A stretch of 64,000 nucleotides of DNA from Amoebidium appalachense (GCA_963693365.1 CAVNZM010000015.1:3224001-3288000); one strand, 5' to 3'; positions 14,117-49,716 are shown, counted from the stretch's first letter. Notes: generated by a model not told the origin, from the letters alone. Translations and numbers: made by a program.

Positions 14117-14645
14117 TTATTGTTGCGAGTATAATGGTATATGGAGAGAGAGAGGAGAAGAACAAGATATGTCGGACGGGCTAAAACAGACTGTCAAGGC
14201 ATATGCTCAGACGAGCACGCACGAGACTGGGAAAAAAGGGTAGATGAGGGATGGAGGGATGGCACAGGGGGAGGGGGAGGTGTGTGCGTGTGGGGGGAGG
14301 GAGGGAGCAGGGTGAGGACTTGAGAGGTTGTGTGGCTGGGAAAAGCAAGAAAAGTTGGAATGGATTTCGGCTTGTGGCGTAAATGCACGTGCTTGAGCAA
14401 AAGACTCCGAGGAATGCGGGAACAAGCATAACGAAATAAAACAAATCTACAGAGAAGGCTGTGTATTTTGCCAGTTTATGCAAGCCTGCATCCCGGGCCG
14501 CCGCTGGCGGCAGCTGGGCGCGGGGTGGGGGGAGGGGGGATATACGGAAGAGCATAAAGCATGAAGGCAGCTAGGGGCAGATGCTAAGGCGTGAAGGGGG
14601 GGGGGGGGGGGGGGAAGAGAGAAAGGGAGAGAGCGGGGGGGGGGG

Positions 14646-14731
<86 letters not shown>

Positions 14732-14875
14732 GGGAGGGAGGACGGGAGCGAGGGAAGGAGGGAGGCAGGGGGGGGGAGGGAGGGAGGGGAGGGAGGGGGG
14801 AGACAGAGAGAGGGGGGGGGGGGGGAGAAAGAGAGAGAGAGAGAGAGAGAGAAGAGAGAGGGCGAGGGGGGGAGG

Positions 14876-14920
<45 letters not shown>

Positions 14921-15395
14921 TGTGTGTGTGTGTGGGGGGGGGAGAGAGAGAGCGAGAGAGAGAAAGAGAGACGGCGAGGGAGAGGGAGAGGGATGGGGAG
15001 AGAGAGATGGAGAGGGCGAAGAGGGAGAGGGAGAGGGAGAGGGAGAATGTGGGGGAGAGAGAGACTGTGTGTGTGTGTGTGTGTGTGTGGGAGGGGGGAG
15101 GGGGGGAGGGGGGAGGGGGGAGTGAGAAAGAGGAGGGAGGGAACGCTACCTTCAGCTCTTTCCTATAAGGGATGTCATTGAGTCGGCGTGCATGCGTAGG
15201 CAAACCGGTCATAAAACGGAAAAATCTAGCACCCAGCTCTGGATTATATTGCGAGATTATCTTGGTGATACCAAATAAGCCGCTTGTTACACGCTCCAGA
15301 ACTGCTCCTTGCCATGGCATGTTCTCATGTTGGTAGGGTGCTAGTGCCCACGCTATAAGCGCTATAAGGACAACCGTGGTTATACGAGGGGCCAT
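12627..15395 (-). CDS. Alpha/beta-hydrolase fold-3 (hormone-sensitive lipase family, AADAC/NCEH1-like) esterase with N-terminal hydrophobic anchor, ~347 aa
   Basis: Exon 1 15395-15150 (MAPRITTVVLIALIAWALAP...ELK, donor GTAGCG) joins in phase 0 to exon 2 13424-12627 (acceptor ccgcag). Motifs HGGGW (oxyanion hole), GDSAGG (nucleophile), CEYDVL (acid) and FHG (His). Confidence 0.9.
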
Positions 15396-15998
15396 ATCGA
15401 ATATGTTTCCCTCTCTAGATGATTACCTGACTAAATATATATATACAACTACAATACAGTGAGTCGGTGTTCATGCAAAAACAACTTGGGCCCGTGCAAC
15501 TCTGCACTGCAAGTGGGAAGGGGTACATAGCCTAAAAGCAACACTCGAATGTGCATTCGATTAGAACTCCAGGCACAGAACCAACTGAGGGGTGACGTCA
15601 TTTTTTAAGACTAGGCTCAGACAAACGATTACGTGGTTGTGGCCCATACAAAAACAAAAGCCACCGAAAGCGGATGGGTAAAAGAAAGGGAAAAAGAACC
15701 ATTTGAGGCATAAAAACATTTAGGTGTAAGCTACGTTCAAAGGTAGCTATAACTGATATTGTGGCTAATGGTGGCCTTCAAACTATTTTTCTCACCACTA
15801 TTTTTTATGACGGTTACATGACAGAGGCGTGCTTCAACATCTCTCCTGCTTCTTCTGCTTCCATCGACTGTTTCTCTACCTATGGTAGAGACAGGCACGT
15901 TACAGGAAATCTATCACGGGCTGCTTTCACTAGGGCACTAACATGGGCCACATTGTATAAGAGGACTTGTTCATGTTTACTGTGGAAGCCACGGGAAA
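15396..15998. promoter_or_regulatory. Short divergent (bidirectional) promoter region between esterase and VPS34, containing a CRE-like palindrome
   Basis: Head-to-head ATGs separated by 603 bp of repeat-free DNA. TGACGTCA at 15593-15600 and an inverted repeat TCGAATG-TG-CATTCGA at 15545-15560. Function is inferred. Confidence 0.45.
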
Positions 15999-37538
<21,540 letters not shown>

Positions 37539-37844
37539 TATGAAAACTATATTTTATTTATTTTTTTCTTTTATTTTTTATTATTATTTTTTTTGTATGT
37601 TTTGGTGGTTGTGGTGGTGGTGGTGGTGAAAGGCGGCCGTGTGTGCGTGTATATGTGTGTTGTGTGTGTGACCACTCTATTCCCTCACATGACCAGTTGC
37701 ACAAGTGCCTGCAATACTGGAGAATATAGTAGCGGGAAAAGGTTTCTTTTCACTTTGATTGTACTTTTGCTTTTAAAACTTCACTTACACTTTCACTTAA
37801 AAAAAATGATTTTCAATTTAAATTTTTCTTTTCCTTCTTTCGGC

Positions 37845-37892
<48 letters not shown>

Positions 37893-38142
37893 TGTTTTGG
37901 GGGGGGGGGGGGGGGGGGGGGGGGGGTGCATGAACACGCAGTCACAATCGCGCGCTTAAAGACAACTGTATACGCACAGAAAAACCAGGAGGTGCTAAAG
38001 AGATTTCGCTGGCGAGCAATTTGCATATGCTTAATCATTCAGATTCGAACACTACATAGCATATGTTTGAGTACTAGTGCCAAGCACGTGCATGTAGATG
38101 AATGTGGCGCATGCACACACATTACACCCGCATGTGCGAACA

Positions 38143-38294
<152 letters not shown>

Positions 38295-38772
38295 CACATG
38301 TGGACACATGCTGTTGTAGCTTAGGGCACGCCGCACCGCACAGTATGTCTTGATCGGTAAGCAAAATGAATGCATATACCTGCAATAGCATTACAAACTT
38401 TGACCTCAACCGAGCCTTATCTGTAATTAGTTATTGTTGTTAACCTATCACAAATGTTCAGGCTCTTCATTGACAACCGTTTATCGCTCTGTATGCGTTT
38501 TGGGGATAACGGATCCACATACATACACACCGCACGCGCACTGATGTCGTGACTATTATGATTGATCATTGATATTGTCGATTTATCGTATGTTTCGCTC
38601 TGCAAAACCACGATGTAGCCATGTGATTTTGGCTGATTCTATTGAATTTCGCCGAGACTCATAATTACAGATGCCTGCCAAATCAAATGATAATTATCAG
38701 CTAGGCTCTTTCGATTAATACTTTTCTTTTTTTTTTGTACCCACGCATACATACTGCTTTCCCGTACGGTGT

Positions 38773-38804
<32 letters not shown>

Positions 38805-39183
38805 TTGTGTGTATGATATTATCTGTGACTCCGTACACGTGCGTGTGTGTGCCTACGTGTGTCTCCGTCACACGGCACGTATGCACGTCAGAAATTGTAG
38901 TGCGTACGCGTGACTGTGTAAAATTGTATTAAAGCAAGGTTGGGCTGTGCGAACTGTTGGTTTTACTGAGCGTATGTACAGCTGTTGCAATTGGCACATT
39001 GATTTAAACTTTCATGTCCAGCTATACTATATACTGTGACCTCTGTCCCTGCCTAGGCCTTCGGGCTCTTTGCCCTCCTCTGTGGCACCTGTACATGTAC
39101 CCCCCCCCCCCCCCCCCCCCAAAGATCTCTCTATCTGTGTGGTCTCCTCTCTCTGTCGCTCTATTTCTCCTTGCTGACTCTCT

Positions 39184-39276
<93 letters not shown>

Positions 39277-39334
39277 CCCCCCCCCCCTCTCTCTCTCTCC
39301 TCTCTATCTCCTCTCTCTCTCTCTCTCTCTCTCC

Positions 39335-39415
<81 letters not shown>

Positions 39416-39487
39416 CTCGCTCTCGCTCTCTCTCTCGCCCCCCCCTCTCTCCTCTCTCCCTCCCCCCCCCCCCCCACCCCCCTCCCC

Positions 39488-39522
<35 letters not shown>

Positions 39523-39587
39523 CCCCCCCCCCCCTCTCTCTCTCACTCCAGATGATCCCCCTAATGTTACAACAACATATAAACGCA

Positions 39588-39667
39588 CCCGGTCTGTCGG
39601 GGTTCGAGCTCGTATGTTCTCCTTATACAGGCTGACTCCCTTCTCCTTGAGCTCCGAAGCGACCCGG
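39588..39667 (-). other. Degenerate tRNA-like sequence (pseudo-tRNA or tRNA-derived SINE head)
   Basis: Minus strand reads CCGGGTCGCTTCGG-AGCTCAAGGAGAAGGGAG-TCAGCCTGTATAAGGAG-AACAT-ACGAGCTCGAACCCCG-ACAGACC. It has an A-box/D-arm-like AGCTCA, a T-arm-like CGAG-CTCGAAC-CCCG and GGTC/GACC ends, but the stems are imperfect. Confidence 0.25.
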
Positions 39668-41492
39668 AATCGCGCATTTGGCCCATTCGCTACGCGTATC
39701 ACATGCATGTACAGTCCTTCGCCTCCCTGGTCACGCGTATGACATTGTAGGTATCATAATGTACGTGTTCGCCGCCCGTGCACATACATACTGACGTGCC
39801 GTAACAAAAAAAGTACCTAGGATGACGAACCTGAGCGAATAAATCAGCACTGGCCATATATCAAAACTACTGTTTTTATGAATTTCAGAACAATTCATGC
39901 CATCGGCATCTGGCGGAGTTCGCGGCAATGCGCTGTACAGTAGTAAGCTACGGCAGCTGGGTTTTTATTTTTGTCCATCTGCCCACATCTCTGGATGAAC
40001 ACTCGAGATCTCTAAACTGACGAACATTTTTTTTTGATTTGCTGCAAACATCTATCTATTATCTAGTTGGCTGCATGAACGGGGCTTTATTCTGAATATA
40101 CGCTCAGATGTGTTAATATACACACACGCACAATAGTACCTCATGTGGGGTTTACACACACTATTATTTATTGCTGTGGACATGTGCATGTATGTTACAC
40201 ACACACACTTGAAAGTTGAAATAATTTTCACTTAAGGTTTCAAACACTTGGTTCAAAGTTTGAAACCTCAAGTGAGTCAAGATGTTACAATTTGTGTGCT
40301 CCAAGTCAGATCGCTGTACAAGGTCAGTGCAAATATGTAACTTTGTATCTTCCTAAACTTCTATTGTTTCCCAGTGCCTTCTCAATGGACCCCGTTTCCT
40401 TTCTCTTTTTTCAGGGGAGGAAATTACACTGTTTTCAGAAGTAAATATACCGTTAATTTTCAGAAAGTACCAGTAAAGCATGGGACTTAGTTCCGCTTGA
40501 GTTGGAGGTTTGGGAAGTAAATAAAAAGAAGAGTGCCCCCCCCCCCCCTCTCTCTCTCTCTCTCTCTAACCCCCCCCCCCCCCCTCCCGCCCAAAGCTGG
40601 AGAGTCTCCATTTTTTCTTGGGAAAACACTGGAACTTGCAATGACGCAAAAAGTTATCTCAATACCGCATTATATCTCATGACCAGTCCATATCCGGAAA
40701 GGGCACATGGAAAATGCAGGTTTTGTTATCCATTTAATATCGAATTTTGTCTGCTTTCTGGGCTTGTTTTGTGCATTCAATCTACAAATCTACAAATTTT
40801 CAGAGATATATAGTTCAAATCAACAGATGGCATTATTATTGGAGAGGCTCGAAAGGAGCAGCCGGCAACATAGTAAATTGCCCTAAAATACAAACTACAC
40901 ATAATTGTTGGGGATGCTACGACAGGATATTTTATATTACAGAAATTTAAGCGCAAGATTATGAAATTGCCAATGAATCATACGGGGGCTCGGCCCCCCG
41001 CCGCCGGATAGGTATACATTAATCGGATAGATATAGGGAAGTAAAAATTTGGAAGTAAATATCTCTGGACAGGAATAGGCTGCGATCCGCCAGGTGCCAA
41101 AATACAGTAATCCTAAAATGTAATTTCTAGCCCTGTTTTTTTTATTCAATTTGACGCTAAATAAGGATCCGGAGTGCACTGGGTGGACTCCGCCCTTTCT
41201 TCGACATACATACTGTTCTATAGCCAAAAAAAATGAAGGCTGTATACTTAGAATTTCAGGCCGATAACCACGTGCAAATAATATTTCCATGATTGTACTC
41301 CTGTATGAAAGAAAAGGCACGTATACATAGGTAGCTATAGGGGGGGGGCGGCGGCCAACGTTATAACTCGGCCTTCCTCTGCAACGGAGGGATTTGCTGC
41401 CGTATGCATTATGCATATGCATATGCACTGCCTGCTCTGGGCCACGTGACGGCGAGGCGGCCGCACCCGGGCCGGGCTAGCCTGCAGCGCTA

Positions 41493-41524
<32 letters not shown>

Positions 41525-43959
41525 GTACTAAATTAATCCGGTATCGGTGGCGGCGGGACTGGGAGGCATCCGGTCATCTCTCGACGTCGTGAAATTCTGG
41601 CCAAAGGGCAGAGTTTAGGGGGTTGATAAACAAAGAGTTGATGTCAACTTTGTTCGGATCTAAAATATGGTTGGCTGTACACGCACCATGATTGTCTTTT
41701 GGCGCGAGCGACAAAGCATGCTATGTATGTGAATATACATGCATTTCCATCTAGTTGAATGTCTTTTTTTATCCTTTTTCTAATATATTCAGCAAATATC
41801 TAGAGATATGGCGTCTTGGCAATCAACACATGTCAAGTTAACAGATATACAAAGTATGTGCTCTACCCCTCAGAAAGACCGTCCCGAATTTTTCGGAGTT
41901 TTTTTTTGCCTGACAAACACACAGCACCAACATGAGATCTACAATACGAAATTGAAGCGAGAATCCTCTTTTACAGTGCACGAAGCTGCTAAATTAAAGC
42001 TATGAGAAAAAATAAATAAGAGAATAAAAAATATTTTTTTTGGAAAATTTAAGGTGCAGTAAGGTACAGTATGCATGTACGTGCAATTTACAACAGTTCG
42101 GGCCGGGCGGTGCGCACTTCTCAGCCATCTGAGATATTGCCATATTAGGCAACATAAACAAACGGAGACACATACCGTTCGCACTGCACCAGTGCCGCAC
42201 CACTCACACTGTGCTCACACCAACTCATGTCGACGTCGGAACTGGCAACTTAGCAACCATGCAAAGCAAAGCCAATCAGGATACGCACCTTGTACATGTA
42301 CATTGTTCAGCCTTGCATTAGTGATACATTAGTAATAATACAATAAGTATGTTCCTTTACCAGGTCCTCTCCTAATTTTTTTTCTTGACCACATTCCACC
42401 GTCGGACAGCCATTGATAAGGGAGCATATTTTTTAGTACAAACTTCATGTGCGAAATCAACGCCGCGGCAAGTAACGATGCCGCTTTGAAAAGCATAATT
42501 GTATTTATCATGACCGAGTGTAGGCGTTGCAAGCCGCATGGCCCATCATATCATGATGGTGTGAGCGGTGCAGCAGCTTTGTAGCAGCTCAGCAGCTCAG
42601 GTTGGTCAGTGAGGACTATGCCCTGTCAGCCGAGAGTCATTTTTGGCAAGCACCAACCCGTACAATTATTCAGCAGCACGAACAAGCCGTAATGTATACG
42701 CGTCACGTCAAGGACTCCGAGGTTGAACTCCGCAAAGTGCGGCTTTCGCGGAACATACGTATAAACATAGTCGTGTACGGTCGTACAACGGGGAACCCCA
42801 ACTAATTGATTTCTCCTTGTAGTCTTTATGGTGTCTCGTAGAGAAAGTAAACCCTGATATATAGTCACCACCCGACATCTATGTACGTGATCATGATATA
42901 CCGCTGAGGGGATATTCCGAGCAAACCCCCCCCCCCCATACCTGAGACTGGTTCTCTTTGCCTCGAGTAAACAGCGTAAACCCCTCGTACGTTGTATCTC
43001 CACAAATGATGTATCTTGTAGCGTCACTTTTTACGCGTGTGTCTTATGGAAGTTTTGTAACATGTTGGCCTTGCAATTGGTGCATGTGCACCTCATCACG
43101 GCTATGTACATACAACATGGGAACAGCTGATTCCCCCCCCATGTATCATAATCGTATTGGTCGGTGCACTGCTAGGGCCGGGGCTGGCATCCGCACCTTA
43201 TGTATGGCTGGGCCAAACTGGGTATGATAAACCGTCTGACGGATTTATCGTGATATCGGTAGCGCGGGTGTAAGAGCGGGTGTAACTGTTGATAAAATTC
43301 CAGTCTGTGCCGTCATATGCACCTTTCAGATGTTCACCCACTGACCGGGGGAGGGGGGAGGGGAAGTTCAGAACTAACTTGAGATCACTCTGCCGCGCTG
43401 AAGTTGAGCTTTGTAACTGACGGTCTTGGCTCCGGATCCAACTAAAGTGCATATATGCTCAATGAATACTGAATTATTCACATGTACAACGCAGTGACTT
43501 AAAAATTTATATATCTTACGGTACGTGCACGGTCGCTAATATTAGGTAATAAGATAGGTGGCACGTGAACAGAGCAGTTGCCGCTGCCTGAGCACGTCGT
43601 TAGCACTTATATAGCGTCACAGTACTATGTGACTTCACTTCTCTCCGGCCATATATGCATGGACGTAGCTACCACAATCACTTACCAAAGTAAGCATTCA
43701 TTTACACAACCGTTCGAGTCTTGTTATTGCTGTAGCTACAGTTTAGAGTATATAGCTCTATCATAGTGTATCGGGGTGCACTTGGCAGCTGCTGGTGTCC
43801 AAGTCTGATCTGGTCACGGTATCTTCTAATATAATCCTGAATGCATTGGACTTCACAACTGCTTACATACTAATAGGGGTGACTAGTGTTGCAACAAGTA
43901 GATTGGTGCGGAATGCCATGTGCATAGTAGGCAACAAACAGCAATCACCTTAATTGAAA

Positions 43960-45420
43960 ATGGCGAAAATAAGGCGGCAGTCAAAACGGCACTATTTGAG
44001 TCGCCACATCCGCCCCTCAGACTGTCATTATCCATGTCATCGAGGTGACGCCACGCAAAACATTCATTTCCACGACGCACGCGCAAACAAGCACACATCC
44101 CTGTACTTTGAATACCCACCGCAAGGTTTTCATCACAGCACAGAACACAACACGTACACAAACACAAAAACGCTGAGGCTATCTGAAGCACCAACACCGC
44201 TTACCCATACTCCGGGCCATGCAACCAACCAAAACGGTCATCGACTTCAAGCCGCTAGTGCTGAGACTGAGTGCACCTTCCGCCTCGCCATACCGTTGCG
44301 CACACTTATTCATCAGCTTTTACGCAAGAGCGGGGCATCTCGTGCGGTGCTTGTCGTTTCTCTGATCTACCTCGCAAGATACCGCGGAGCACAACCAGAA
44401 ACCGCAATCAGCGTGTTTGCGAGGAAAGAACAGCAAAGAATACACGCAACCCGGTCACACGTCGAAATTACGAACAGCGGCAAAACAACGACGGAGAGCA
44501 AATGCCCCCCCAATCGTAATCGCACTACCCCGCTCAGAAACTGCACGAAGGAATGTCTGTGCAGCCAGTGTCTCTTTTTGGCATGTGTGCTTCTCGCATG
44601 GAAATATCTAGAAGACAGGGAGATAAATTCGGAAAATTGGGCGAAATGGAGCGGCGTGCCGACGGTGCGCGTGGTGTGGCTCGAGCGACAGGTGCTGGCC
44701 ACGTTGGGGTATTCCTTATATGTCGCCCCGGAGGCTTTCCACCAATGGGATGGCCTCTACAAAGATATGAACGAGCCCCCATTGGTCGACGCTCCCGGAA
44801 ACGTCGATGTTCTTCCATCTTCCGACAACGAAGATTTCATTCGGGTTCGGCGGCAGTGTCAGGCGGGCAGTGAAACCTGCGCGAGCGAATCTGGCCAATC
44901 CGACACTGACCAATCAACTCCGGGCTATGATGCAGATATGCATGTGGGCAACCAATCAAACGGTGTGTTTATTCCCTGCAACCAACGTGGGAATTTACCC
45001 TACGGTGAATCGATCAACCTGGATGCCGCATCCTCCACTGAAAGCACCGTGTTGACCCGTCTATGTTCGGCAGAGACAGCCGTGGGAGACCTAAATACCA
45101 CGTTTCCCACAATATCCGTAGGCCCAAACTATGATCTGATTGGTTCGCCATTACCTCTGCACACGGTGGAGCTAGCAAAAACCATTTCCCCTCCCACCAG
45201 CTCATACTATCTCCCGCCTACCAACAACAACGGATTCAACAACCCAAACCTCTTGTGGGCGTTGAACGCTCTGGGATGGGCTGGCCGGGATCGCTTCTCC
45301 CTAAACTCGATTATGGAGATCGACCAACGGGATGAGGGATACCAGCAAATCGTGGCGGACCTCCGTGGTGAAACGAGATCGGCAGCTAACAGTTATCATT
45401 TTTCGAAGGTTGTCTACTGA
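43960..45420 (+). CDS. Pho85-type (PCL/Pho80-family, PCL5-like) cyclin, single exon, ~486 aa
   Basis: Uninterrupted ORF from ATG 43960 to TGA 45420. Cyclin box split by an insertion: LRTLIHQLLRKSGASRAVLVVSLIYLARYR ... CLFLACVLLAWKYLEDREINSENWAKWSGVPTVRVVWLERQVLATLGYSLYV, matching the PCL-family pattern (FLAxLILAxKYLxD...W.K.SG......E..FL..L.W.L). Confidence 0.8.
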   Translation: MAKIRRQSKRHYLSRHIRPSDCHYPCHRGDATQNIHFHDARANKHTSLYFEYPPQGFHHSTEHNTYTNTKTLRLSEAPTPLTHTPGHATNQNGHRLQAASAETECTFRLAIPLRTLIHQLLRKSGASRAVLVVSLIYLARYRGAQPETAISVFARKEQQRIHATRSHVEITNSGKTTTESKCPPNRNRTTPLRNCTKECLCSQCLFLACVLLAWKYLEDREINSENWAKWSGVPTVRVVWLERQVLATLGYSLYVAPEAFHQWDGLYKDMNEPPLVDAPGNVDVLPSSDNEDFIRVRRQCQAGSETCASESGQSDTDQSTPGYDADMHVGNQSNGVFIPCNQRGNLPYGESINLDAASSTESTVLTRLCSAETAVGDLNTTFPTISVGPNYDLIGSPLPLHTVELAKTISPPTSSYYLPPTNNNGFNNPNLLWALNALGWAGRDRFSLNSIMEIDQRDEGYQQIVADLRGETRSAANSYHFSKVVY

Positions 45421-46679
45421 CTTAATTAGCGAAGTAAATAAACTGTTGTAGGTCCAGGAGCATCGTGATAGGCTTACTAAGTTCAAATAGCGACGATATC
45501 GATTGTAAGTAGCATGTGATTTGACAGAATGAAATAGCTTTAAATCACCCAGTATCGGTGGTTATCGGCTTACAAAGTTTTCAGTTGTTGTTTTTGTGTG
45601 CAGGTCACACAGATTTGTTGAAGTTCGAGTGCTACTGAGGAGCAGACTGTGACGTTTGTTTTGGGTTGAAAATCAAACTCACGGCCGTGCAAATGCTATG
45701 TGACCTGATTCAAAAGCATGTATGGCTAAGTCTTGTATCCTGGGGGTGTTCAACTGAGATGGGTGCACACAATATGAAAAATGCATGATACTATTCACAG
45801 ACCCATCTGAGAGTGTGTGTGTGCCTCGACATTGAATAATCAATACTTAACCTTGTCTGTCTGTACTCTATCATAAGTTATGTTGGTTTTGTATGTTCTG
45901 CTGTATTATGGTGGTACGCTTTGGTTGGCGTTCAACGGACCACCAACTCACGATTTTTTTTTTCTTTTTTCTTTTTTCTTTTTTTTTTTTTTTTGTGTGC
46001 TTCCATGTGAGTAACTTCCAAGAACCAGGCGATCTGTAGAGGATAAATAAAACTTTCTTGAGGATTTTTTCCTGCCCCCTTCCCCCCCCCCTCCCCCCCC
46101 CCCCCTCTTTCCCCCCCCCCCCCTCCCCTTCCACACACACACTGACCCCTGACACACACACACCGCAGTCCACGCCCCTTTTGATATTACTGGGCCAAGC
46201 TTCCCCCTTTCTATATACCCCTAGGCTGCTTACACTCCCCACTGGCACTTATACGAATACGCTCTACTAGTACCCTCCCCTTCCCTCCGGAACCCACCCT
46301 CCCCCCTTTCCCCATAGCCAAGCCCCCAAACTTTTTCCCCCTCCCGACCCCACTGGGCCCTGCACCCCCCTCCGGGACCAGCCCCCACTCAATCCCCCAC
46401 CTTCCCCCAACCCCCCTCCCCCCCCCCCCCCCCCCAAAAAAAAAAAAAAAAAAAAAAAAACTGATCGATGTGCTTTTCTATCTCTATTGATGCTCAAAAG
46501 TAACCCCCCCCCCCCCCCCCCCGCCCCCCATTTTCGATCCCCCTCCCCCTCTCCCTCTCCCCCCTCTCCCCCCGCCGGGGTGCCCGGCACTCCACCTACC
46601 TCCATCTAGTCTCCCGTATCATATAGTAATCTGGAACTTGTAATGCGATCAAAACACTTAGGCACTGTGTGTGTATGTG

Positions 46680-46712
<33 letters not shown>

Positions 46713-47892
46713 CCGTGTGCGCATGTGTGTGTGCGCGCACACGTGTGTTGTATGTGTGGTGCCCGGCGGCGGTGTGCCCCTCAGAACGAAAAAAAAATGC
46801 AACACAATCCTGGGTCCGTTTAGCACAAACCCAAAGCAAAACAAAACATCCCGCCCTCCCCCCCCCCCCCCCCCCTCTCCCCCCCCCTCCCCTCTCCCCC
46901 TTCCCCGTCCCCTCCCCACTCACCCCCCACCCCCTCCCCCACAAAAAAAAAAAAAAAAGCCAAAACAACCAACCGTGCCGGCGCGAGCGCACAACCATTT
47001 AAGTTTTTGGCCCAATTCAATTTATGCTCTATTCATTTATGCCCAATTCACTTTATGCCCAGTTCATTGTATGCCACACTCCTTCTCTACCACGCAAATG
47101 TGTGAGATTGCCCCTTGAACAGCCGAGTGTCGCTTGTGCTAGGTACATTATCCCCTTCCCCCCTCCCTCCCTCTCCCCCCCCCCTCCCCCAGTTCACACC
47201 GCCCTCCCCTCCTCCCCTCTCACCCCCCCTTCCCCCCCCCCCCCCCCCCCTTCCCCCCCCCCCCCCCGCCAACCCCCACCCCCCACCCCATCCCCTCCCA
47301 CCCCCTCCCCACATGCATATGTGCACGTCTCCCACATTCCCCAGGGAGAAGTCCACCCTGGGGGGAAGGGAGTCGCGGCTTGAATTGCACAAACTGGCTA
47401 CCGTTTAAGAACCTGACGACGATTTTACACCCAAACACCGTTTGTAGTTACCCAACACCATGTTTAATAAATAATACAGGCAAGTGTCACTGCGTATCGT
47501 TTGACGCAGATAAAAACCCTTTTCGACACCCCGGCGATCCATGTTTTGGTTGCTCACATGATCTGACATTGTTTCCCTTTCATATTGCCTTTGATCAAAG
47601 CTCTTTGGGATCACACAGTTATCACGCCTCTCTAAGGGTTTCTAGGATTTTGTGTATTGAAACTCATAACAATCATGCACGTTCAGCAGCGGTTAACCCC
47701 TTCACCCCCCCCCCCCCCCCCCCAACCCCCCCCCCCCCTCTCCCCCCCCCCCCCCCCCCCCCCCCCACACACACACACAAACACACACCCAGCCCCCCAA
47801 CAAATTAGGTAACCCTCCCCGAAGTGTGGCAACATGTAAACATAAAATGTTATTACAAGGGTCTTTCTCTGGCATGCAACCCTCTTCCCCCC

Positions 47893-47960
<68 letters not shown>

Positions 47961-48626
47961 TACACACACACACAAACTCTCCCCCCTCCCCGCAAATAAT
48001 TCAAGCCACTTTCTTTCTCTGCTTCACAAATTCCTCCCGGCTGGACCCCCGTCATTGACCCCCCCCCCCCCCCCCCCACCCCACCCCACCACCACCACCA
48101 CCACCACCACCACCACACACACACAAAAAAAAAAAAAGAAAAGAAAAAAAAACTTGGAATAAGAAACAAACCTCCGTTTCCAATATAGTGTATTACATGT
48201 GGTGGTTAATGTGGGACTGCAAGACTGACCGGGAGTGAATTATTTTTTGTTGTTTTTCTTCTCTTTTTTTCTTTCTTTTTTTTTTTTTTTTTTTTTTTTT
48301 TTTGTTTTTGAGGGGTGGGGAGGGGGGGGGAGGGGTTTGGGCGGGGAGGGGGGGGGGGGGGGGGGGGGAGGATGGGGGGGAGGAAGGTGGGGAGGAGGAG
48401 GAGGGGGAGGGAAGAAAGGTGGGGTAAAGGCGGGGAGGAAGGGGAGGGGGGGGGGGGGGGGGGGGGGATGGTTCACAGTATTTGGGTATGAGCTGCATGT
48501 ACATCGATTTGGTGTTCTCTCAAGCGACGTGCATATGATTTCTTTGTTCAATATACTGGCAGATGACGTGGGGCAAAAAAAAAAAAAAAGCGCAATTCTA
48601 CATGTGCGCTTGTGTATTTCCGTTGT

Positions 48627-48703
<77 letters not shown>

Positions 48704-49210
48704 GTCACCAATTAGGCAGTACATCAGGTAAAGGCAGGTAAAACGAATGGGTAGTGTCAAACACTCATGGTGATGGGTAGAGCCTCGAGTGGGTGACGGA
48801 GGGGGGAGGGGGGGCCGGGGGGGGGGGAGGGGGGATTGATAGAAGGGCCCCTGGGGAGAAACTAGATTTTGCGAATGTGGGGCAGGACGACGGCGGCAGG
48901 CGGGTCCGAGGAGAGGAGGGGCGGAGGAGGAGGAAAAGGGGGGGGCGGAGGGGTATGAGAAACGGGTTTTGTAATATTGAATATAAATTTTAGTAATAGT
49001 CCAGTCGTTTACAAGTTGGGGTGGTCGGGGAGACTGAGTCAAGGACAAAAGCAGACAGGAGGAGGGGTACATGAAAAGAGGAGCCAGGTATCACTGATGC
49101 GGAGTATTGGGGGGGGGGGAGGGGGGGGGGGGGGGGGGGGGGAAGGGAGTGAGGGTCGAGGGGTGGGGCGGGGTGGGGCCGGGAGGGGGGGGGGGGGGCG
49201 GGGAGAGGGG

Positions 49211-49245
<35 letters not shown>

Positions 49246-49465
49246 GGGGGGAGGGGGAGGGGTGGAGACGGAAGGCGGGGAAGGGAGGGAGAGAGAGAGA
49301 GAGAAGGCGGGGGGCGCCCGGGGGGGGGGGGAGGGGGGGGGGGGGGGTCAACTCGGGCTACAGTTGCTTTTACTCGGTAGCAAGAAATGAAGGAGTATGA
49401 TCAGGAGAAGTGGAGTATATGATGCACTGAAGTAACAGATGTAATCACATCCCGATGCAACTGTA

Positions 49466-49521
49466 AGGGTCTAACCACATCGGCAGAGTCAACTTGCAAA
49501 AAGCGGAATTAATCTGCAAAA
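49466..49521 (+). mobile_element. Solo left-end fragment of the same MITE family
   Basis: AACCACATCGGCAGAGTCAA (49473-49492) is the exact reverse complement of 56450-56469 and is followed by CTTGC and one palindromic unit (GCGGAATTAATCTGC), as at 56251-56275. Confidence 0.7.
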
Positions 49522-49676
49522 CCTCTTAGCGTCTTAAAAATGATATATAAAAAAAGAAAATACCCGAAGGTTGGATTATAATGGATTAAGTTACGGCAGC
49601 CTCTTCTGCTGACCCAGTCTTGGGCCCATGGTTGGATGGTGGTGTTGGTTGTGAAAGAGAAAGAGGGGGAGGGGAT

Positions 49677-49716
<40 letters not shown>

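Noticed and set aside
41800-43770. Short ORFs (e.g. 42626-43027 minus) in repeat-poor DNA upstream of the cyclin
   Set aside because: No recognisable domain, no consistent splice chain, and mostly non-ATG starts. More likely regulatory or old TE-derived DNA.
45711-45740. Resemblance of GCATGTATGGCTAAGTCTTG to the reverse complement of the 18S rRNA 5' region
   Set aside because: The match is short and gapped and does not extend. It is explained as an anchor of the local segmental duplication.
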